A stretch of 64,000 nt of DNA from Tubiluchus corallicola (Eukaryota > Animalia > Priapulida): contig JAQGDQ010000001.1 of the NCBI GenBank assembly GCA_030141605.1, positions 2,728,001 through 2,792,000 on the forward strand, written 5' to 3'. Below the pieces are notes generated by a model. It was not told the origin of the DNA, ran no database searches, and worked only from the letters and a program-made list of their open reading frames with translations. Numbering within the stretch: the stretch's first letter is position 1; every line of letters starts with the position of its first letter. Below, piece by piece: positions 55,692-64,000 of this stretch. The translations under genes were made by a program, and so were the position numbers.

Positions 55692-58491
55692 GCAACAAAA
55701 TGAAAATGTACATGTAGCACCCTGAAAAAACATTGTAGTTTGTAGTTTTTGTTGCAATGACCAGTGACACTTTATCTTCATTTAACAAACCTTTGCAAGC
55801 TATTGAGGCTACTAACTCTTTTTCCAACAGAGTAAAATGAATCACACATGAAGCACGCGAATCCGTTCTCACGTTTATTTCGAAAAGGCTGCATAGGAAG
55901 CCGCAGAGAGAACCGAGAAATTATAGCCACTTTTATTTATAATGCGGTTATGAACTGGCCGTTAATTTGTCGGTTTCTAGCGGGCAGGCGATGAACTGAG
56001 ATCGCAAGTTGCGGCAAAACAAAACGCATCAGCCGTTCTCTAACACTTTGATGATGAAATTGAATCAGTTTTTGCGTCACGTCGGCTGGCAATCAATCTA
56101 CTATCCTTTCGGCATCTGTCGGCAATATAGCAATTGTTCTATTACGAGGACGGTTACGCGATTAGGCAGAATTCATTGCATTATTCGCGACGATGAATTA
56201 TAGATCAAACGTTAGGCGATTGGGTAATAGCGGATTCGCATGCAACATGGTCACGAAGAGGGAAGAAGTTAGAGGTCACATCATGCGTAAAATTGCGGAT
56301 GATCAGGTGTGCCAAGAGTTCTCACACGCATGGCTTCACATGAACTCATACATATGTAAGGTCTCCAACCAAAAAATCACGAACATTAAAATGGCCGCCG
56401 CTTTCTTTATGTACTGGCCTAAATGCCTAATCATCAGTTGGGTCTCTGTGTTGTACCCAAATTAGTTATTTTCGTAGATTTTTAAATATGGTGGTCAATC
56501 AGTTGAGCAGCTGCAGCGAATTGCTGCACAACGAATAACGACGTCTGGCAGCAGACGCATGGGCAATATAAACTTGGATGAGGAAATCTAACTAGATAAT
56601 GGATAGTAATAGTTGGGCCTATTTACGTTAATAATATAACGCATGCACATGCCAATTAAAATACCTCTACTTGAACCTATCAACTATAACCATTTTGCCT
56701 ACAATAAAACACTTTTTCTCAGCCTCTCTACAAATTCAGCTAAAATGAAAGGCCTAAAGATCACACGATCAGCAGTACAACCACAATGGTACATAATGTA
56801 CATAAATTGGTTTAAGAGACAGCATATTTCAGAATTCGCAGCCAAATCTACTCATAAGTATATGAGAGTACGGGAGACTACTCATATGGGAGTCCCTTTC
56901 ATAATCTTGATTCCAAAGAAACTAGACAATGACCAGTGACCAGTGACAGTGAGTAACATGACCTACTGCCGATGACGACAGGTATCCGTTGTCGTATAGA
57001 TTCTATAGAACAGCATTACTAATGTTTGACAGCACTATATAATTTAGTTCGGTAGTTTCTCGTTGATAATCAAGAAGTTATTAAAAAGCAAACAAGTTCA
57101 TAAATGTTTGCATGAAAACGCAATACACGTACACATGCCAATCACATTAATTTGGAACACTGCAAACCAAAGCACCATAAATATAGATGATCATGAAATC
57201 CACATTAGTCAGATTAGGCAAGAAATAACGATGATCATCTAATGATGCAGAACCGCACCGTGCTTTTGATTGCTGCGTTGCATGTCATCACATTCGTGAA
57301 CAAATTATCAACAACAATAAAACAAAATGTATAATTTAGGTGAAGCTTGTGGAGCTAAATTTAGCTAAACACATCCATGTGAATATGACTATTCAGCCCA
57401 AAAGTGTCTAAAGTGTCAGTAATGAACAATGAGTATTTCAGCATCAACAGTAAGTAACGTGTTCATCAAAACCTATGAATTCGGGATCTCTGTCTTGTGG
57501 TAGCATTTATAGGCACATCACTACAGAACTTGCTGATTTCAGATTTTGCAGCAAATGTAGGAACTTCTGAAACAAATTCCATTCTCTATACTTAACATTA
57601 AAATAATATTCTACTAAAAAAATTGATACCGTTTTGAAGTATCGATTGGTTGACTAAGGGTCAATAGAGATCAACAGATATAAATGTGTGAACAATTTCA
57701 GTTTACATAATTGTCAAATTAATGCATCAAAAGGTCTCACTTTCAGTAAGTGAACCAGGATATAACTTATATAAGCAAAACAACGCATTCCACACAACTT
57801 CTTTTTGGTTAGGCCTACACCGTTGTGCCTAATATGAAACCAGATGTATAATAAAAATAGGTCATTGAATAAGACAAACTAAAGCCTTAAAATAAACAGC
57901 AGTATCAAAGAAACGACGTATAGCGTCCTCACGAAAACATTTTACTTGTAAGATCACAACGTTTCGACAGTTCCTTCTGCCGTTTTCAAGTGCCTAAATT
58001 TTAAATGGACTATCAGCAACATTAACCAAAACTTCCTGGCACTTGGAAACGGAAGAAGAAACTTCGGAAACTTAGTGATTTTGGAAACAAAATATGCCTT
58101 TGTGATAAAGTACGCCACTGCTTTGATACTGCTGTTTATTTTAAAACAGGGTTCCGAACAACAGTTCTGTCGCTGATAAATTAAAAATGTCCAGATTGGA
58201 AATTTCCTTTCCGTGTTACCATATTCATCGGCTACCATATTCGTCACTGTTGCAGTAGTTGCAATCTAGTTAAAAAGCTATAAAAAGAAAGAACAATATT
58301 CTAAAAAAATTGCAGTCACGGTTCGTTTGATTTGGCTTCTCGTTTAGCAGGTATGTGAGTGATTGCGACCACATCAACAAGCCGTTTAAGTGCACAGCAC
58401 TTCGACTGTTGTGTGATCTACAAATTAACACTTTAATTTTTAATCAAGTTCCGTGAAAGGCGGGAAGCGAAACATCTGGGTAAGAATAGAA

Positions 58492-58579
58492 AGAGCAGAA
58501 ACAGAGACGGGGAGAGAGGGAGGGAGGGAGAGAGAGAGAGAGAGAGAGAAAGAAAGAGAGAGGGGGAGAGAGAGAGAGA
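58492..58579. repeat. (AG)n-rich tract
   Basis: Direct reading. Confidence 0.9.
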
Positions 58580-60955
58580 TTGATTGCACGTCAGAGGTCA
58601 AATTCTTTCTACAGCTTTTGGCTACAACTCTGTAGCCTTTTGAAAATGAATCACAATTCTCTGAAAATGCCATGTGATTAGTAACCATGCAAATACATGT
58701 ATATAGAAAACAAATGGAGTGAAAAACTCTGAATCAAACGCAATTATATTAATTTAAATTTTTAATACTATTAGGTAGGCCAAACATGTGACTTTGTGTG
58801 AGGCCGAAATAAAAGTCGTTTCTTACATTTTTCTTATTTGGCATTTTTCTTTTTCTTTTTTCTTTTTATTTTAACCTACTATATAGGAAAAGTAGCAAAC
58901 TCGAATATAAACAAAAGTTTAAATTGGTCATTTTTAAAAGTTCTTTTATAGTTTCTTTTAATCAACTCTCTTTATATTTTTTATTTCTTCAAATACTTCC
59001 AGAGCGAAAGTCTCTCTTTTTGATGTGGTTTTTGACAGTTAGCAAAGCAAAATAAGGCTAATGAAGCAAATTATTATTGTATTTCGATTATTCATAACAA
59101 TTTAGTTTATTCTGCTTTTCTATAACTTCTGTAACTTCTGTTTTTCCGAATATGCAAAGAACTAAAAGTAGGGCTTGGTGGCATGATAATTGAAACCTTG
59201 GACTAATTTTCAAGAATACAAGTGGTTTAAACGAAACACTAACAGCTTTTTCTCACCTGCAAGCATCAAAAGCAGAAAACGGCTTCGAAAAACTAGTAAA
59301 ATTAGTAAAACCATATATGCCCATATTAAGGTGACAGTTTTGTGTCTAAGATAGATTTCAAGGTGAAACATCCAAAACTAGTCAAGGAAAACACCTACAG
59401 TATCACATGATTTAGAATTTCTAGATGATTGCTGATGGCAGCAACCGCTTGTGTAACATATTAGTTATACTGGGTGTTCAAAGGCATATAGGATTATGAT
59501 TTCAGTATTTAGATATAGGATTTAAAGGTAAAGGACGTGACAAGGTAGTATCAAATATGGCGGCCAGTTTCAAGATTGCCGATAAGAAAGCTGTTGCTAG
59601 CAAATAAAGGCTACATCTTACCTGTTACTGCAGATAAGACGAAGATTTTGGTATAGGCTTAAATGTATTTATTTTTCAATGCCTAAATCGCTTAAAAACG
59701 CCTCTGCCAGCCACTTATGTAATATATTAGCTACACTGCATTGTTCTACTAAAGGATATTTTGGTATCTAACTCTAGGTTTCAAAGATCAAGAATTTAGG
59801 CGAATCGGTGAATTAGGTGAAGCTGTTTAAGATTCTTTTAGGAGTCTGGTAACAACTGTTTAGATTCAGCAAGTCAAATTAATAAAAATAATTTGCTTTT
59901 TAGATAGAATAGTTAACATAATTGCATGATTGGCATATTTTCGTTTTGTGTGACGGCCATTTTAAAAACTGTAGCCATTTTTGAAGTAAAAGCAACAGAA
60001 ATAAATTCCTTACGGCCAATTACCATGGAATAATGTCATAATTGCCGCTTAACGTTTATTTTCTGAGAATTTCTTTTGATAAACATTGTTCGTTCAAAAA
60101 GTTGGTGGCCATTTTGTCTTTTTTTAAGTTTTTGCCCATTTTCTACTGGCAGCAGGTATTTTCGAATTTAGCTAAATTGATGATTGTCTACGATGCCAAC
60201 TTAGAAGAAAAAACGCCTTTAGGATTCCACTTTTCTGAAAATTCGTCTAGTCTACACATGGTAATACATAACTTTGCTTCTACCATGAATATTGGTATTC
60301 CAAACACGAGTCTTGCGTTACCTTACAGTTTGAGCTCATTACCCCAATTTAAAATCGCAAACAAGATTTCTGGAGACGGTATGTGAAGAAGAGAACATTA
60401 AAAGTCAGAGAGTGACATTAGTTGTTAAGATCCGTAAATAAGATTTCAAGCTTACAGACGACTCGCATCACAAGCTAGCCTGTTAGAATTACTAAACACA
60501 GCCGATTAATAGTTTAGACAAAGTAGATCAAGGGCTGCGCAGTGCGCAGGTTCCAGAAACGTAATCGCACACTTCTCTCTCTTACTCACTTAGCAGGCTT
60601 GGTCCCAATACACTAAGCAGTTTATGTGATTTGAATGCAACGCAAACAAAACCTCTAGCGATATTTTTACTTTGGAGAACTGGAAATGTTTTGGATGATA
60701 AACTTTAGATAAAATGAAAATCCGGAAATTCGATTATGCTGAATTACTAACGCGTCACATGCCAACTTATAAGAAAGACTTACCAAACCTCAAAATTTCA
60801 TCCCTTTAAAATTTCTAGTCCTTTTCTGCCCTACTCTGCTGGACTAAGTTCCGACTAAACTTCAACACATCTTAAAAATGCCAACTTTCTCGACCTGGGA
60901 CTTCCAAATAGTTCTCGCAGCACTACATATAGAACTCAGTATGTTATCCACTAAA

Positions 60956-62060
60956 CAGGGGCGTAATTTTGAAAATTTAATTTTTAAAAAAAATAAACAG
61001 TATTTTGCGTGCAAGAAAAACGATTTATTTAACATGGCATTTAACTTAAAGCTATAGCAACGGAAACTTAATTAAAATTAAATTAAAATTTAATTAAGTA
61101 TTTATCAGCAGTCAGGAATCCGACGCAGAACCAACAACGCAGAGCATCAATATCCTTTACGTATTCCAACTAGGACCTATCGTTGAACCACTGACCCTGA
61201 AATGATCTCGATTTTCCTCCCATTTTGGTCTTTGGGTATGCATCCACTACGTCCCGCAATGGCCTGCGACGGATGTACTCATCCTTTTAGATTCGTTCTG
61301 TTGGAATCGACGTTACAGTAGATACAGACGCCGTAGAACCTGTGTCGGGAACACAGTTGGACTTGAAAAATGAAGTCAGATTGGACTGCCTTGACATCGT
61401 TTAAGAAATATAGCTAAAATCGCAGCGAAAACTAGCAAAGATTTTCCCAGCAGCAGAAAAATGATGAAATGTGCTCAAAATCACGCCCTTTTATGCAGCA
61501 AACTCGTGGGAAAGAGTCACTAAGGAGTAGCAAAGAGTCGGTATTGTCCAATCAGGAGGTGGCTGAGCCGTGGCTCATCAATTGGTATCTCCCAAACCGA
61601 CTCTCTGCTACCAGGCTAGCTCGACAAACTGACTCTCTGGTACTAGGCTAGCTCAACATGACTTCAACGTTTGCATTGTTTTTGCTCTATTATTTCACTT
61701 ATTCTCTATTATAACACACTGCTGAACGAAGCTCGAGTGCTAACTGAGCCGTTTTGTTAACTAACAGTCTTTTGTGCAAAGACGCTAATGCTACTCAACG
61801 AGCTGTTAACTGTTCCTGCCTGCCTCCTTACAGGCAAACAAATTAACTACATCCTGACTTTCAGGTAAACACATACTCATGCTCATACTGTTCGCATTTA
61901 TGGAGCGCTGGCCGCGTGTCAAAAAGTCGGAAATAAATTTGCTTACCGGTCTCATTACGAGCCGCTGACGCCCTTCAAATTTTTTTACATTTTTACAATT
62001 TTTGACATTTCTAAAAAAATTGGGGGGGGGGGGCCGGGCCCCTATGGCACTACGCCACTG
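60956..62060 (-). mobile_element. Non-autonomous hAT transposon (deletion derivative, 1105 bp)
   Basis: Perfect 8-bp TSD ccactaaa (60948-60955 and 62061-62068). TIRs caggggcgta / tacgccactg with one mismatch. Contains an internal transposase remnant. Confidence 0.9.
61098..61397 (-). pseudogene. Decayed N-terminus of a hAT (ZMYM1-like/TTF zinc-finger) transposase
   Basis: Manual translation: MSRQSNLTSFF...I*KDEYIRRRPLRDVVDAYPKTKMGGKSRSFQGQWFNDRS*LEYVKDIDALRCWFCVGF. This matches the TTF-type pattern RSF..W....WLEY....DA..C..C..F, with two in-frame stops. Confidence 0.82.
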
Positions 62061-63056
62061 CCACTAAACCATATATTTTTAAGACAAAGAAAATCATGTG
62101 TTTAATTATATTGCTAACGTATCTCTCACACTTTAATCAAACGCAGAAATAAATAACAGCCTGGACAGACAGACATTGGAAGTTATCAATTTCCTGACCT
62201 GTAGACATTTTAGCATGTTGGAATTTTTCGTCCGTGTGTGTGGTTTGGGAATTAAAAAAAGGGGTCTTGTGGAATACTTATCGTGTCTGTCTTTGGTATA
62301 GCAAATAATTCAACAAACGAGGTTATGCGCTTTAAAATAATTCGTTTTTAAGCGACTTATTATATTAACATATTTTAGGAATCAATTATATCATGCGTAC
62401 AACTGTTACTAGCTGTAACGGGCGTACCAACAAGACTGGCAGGCGGAGGTTTTACATATTACTCCATCTTTGTTTCAAATCGCCTTATTCACTGACTGCA
62501 GAATCAAGTATTCCAATCAAGCAAAAAGTAATCTTGACATTACAATACAGCCAGGGCAATAAAAGCAGTTTTGCAGCTATAAACAGAGCGCTCTCCAGAG
62601 CATTAATCACATTACGCCACACTAATTAAGAAAATAACAGCTTCCGCGCAAAGGCTGTGACAATTATAAGCAACCCGCTTGCGCCTAATTTGCACAATTA
62701 TAGATGGGTTAATAGCGTTTGATTTGCTTTTCTAATGCAGCGGCGTCTTAAATGACTTATCCTGGCAAAGCTGCTAAAATATTCATTATTTTGAGCGTTA
62801 ATCTTTGCTACTTTTGAAATAAAATCGTTTATGTGGCATGAAACAAGGTCACAAAAATAATTTTTACGCTAAGCAATTACAGTATCGGCAAACTGAAAAC
62901 AGGCACTTCTACGAAAAAAAGACAACAAGGTTTTTGCAATAGTATCACTTAAATTCTTATTACCAATTGACCCTATTTTTGTTGTAATTGTCGTCTGTTG
63001 TTATTACAGTGAGTAAAATACTTGAACATTTAAAACAATAAAAAAAACAAAATTAT

Positions 63057-63117
63057 AATGATGATGAAGATGAAGATGGTGATGATGATGATAATAATAA
63101 TAATAATAATAATAAAA

Positions 63118-63197
<80 letters not shown>
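63057..63197. repeat. (GAT)n followed by (AAT)n microsatellite
   Basis: Direct reading. Confidence 0.95.
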
Positions 63198-63198
<1 letters not shown>

Positions 63199-64000
63199 CA
63201 TCATTATTGTTACTAATGGTGGAAGCAGTGACAGCAGTAAGGACAAGGAAAACAATACCAGGAATTACAAATTTATATGTGTTATCTTATGTCTAGTCTT
63301 AATATTTTGGCTTGTCATAACAAATAATGTCTGGGTTGGGTGCTTTCTTGTTACTTTGCAGTAGATATAACTCCTGACGTTATAAAATACCAACCAGTGC
63401 TTCAAAAGTTCAAATGAATGCAGCATTTCTTTTCCATTTTTGAGATAGTAGTATGACGAAATATTCGTGTGAAATTCGTTTAAACAAGGAGATTCCATCT
63501 GTACCACCATTTGAAAAAAAGCTAAACAAATTATAATAATGACATTGTTTATTAACAAACAAATTCTTATACCTAGTTTTTATTTTTTCAAGCTTTATGA
63601 AGAAAGGATAAATAAGTTTTTATCACAAGCCATAAAACAACACTAATTAATTCTGCATGCAGTTTCAATGCTAACGTACTTAATAATTCCATTTGAAAAA
63701 GTTTCTTCAATCCTGTTTGACAGAAATGACATACTGAATGGCGTATGTAACATAACTTCTTTGTAATCATAATCAAAAACAGGGCTGACCACATGCAAGC
63801 ATTACAAATTTGTGTAACATTTACATCAGGTAGTGGTAATGAAAACAACGACATCATGTTACCTTAGCACAGGTCTAAGCAGAGGATGAACATAATCCAG
63901 ATGTACTTGCCAGACACATCAATTATACATTGTACAAACTGAAATTTACCTTAAGTCACCTTCCAAAACTATAACTCCAAAAAATAAAAATATGGAATCA

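Noticed and set aside
59460-60300. Mariner-like element starting tatactgggtgttc
   Set aside because: No matching right TIR or TSD found; at most a decayed repeat.

Overview
AT-rich eukaryotic (invertebrate animal-like) genomic DNA with many microsatellites; no prokaryotic genes, CRISPR arrays or rRNA are visible. The only protein-coding gene I can support is a + strand Gfi1/Gfi1b/senseless-family SNAG + six C2H2 zinc-finger repressor with four coding exons (20015-20126, 21611-21835, 25490-26065, 33143-33777; all introns phase 1, GT-AG; about 515 aa). It lies in an apparent gene desert. Clusters of bHLH E-boxes, Hairy/Hes (GGCACGCGAC) sites and Su(H) sites lie upstream and in the introns. The protein has an unusual ~155-aa tail after zinc finger 6 with an eh1/octapeptide-like motif. 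Mobile DNA includes a 1.1-kb hAT deletion derivative (8-bp TSD, TIRs, and a decayed transposase N-terminus with a PIP-box and TTF zinc finger), a long-TIR MITE, elements with internal tandem repeats, and a tRNA-like/SINE head. Almost all other listed ORFs come from low-complexity or random sequence. I found no clearly new multi-gene system; the best leads are regulatory and structural features of the Gfi/senseless locus.
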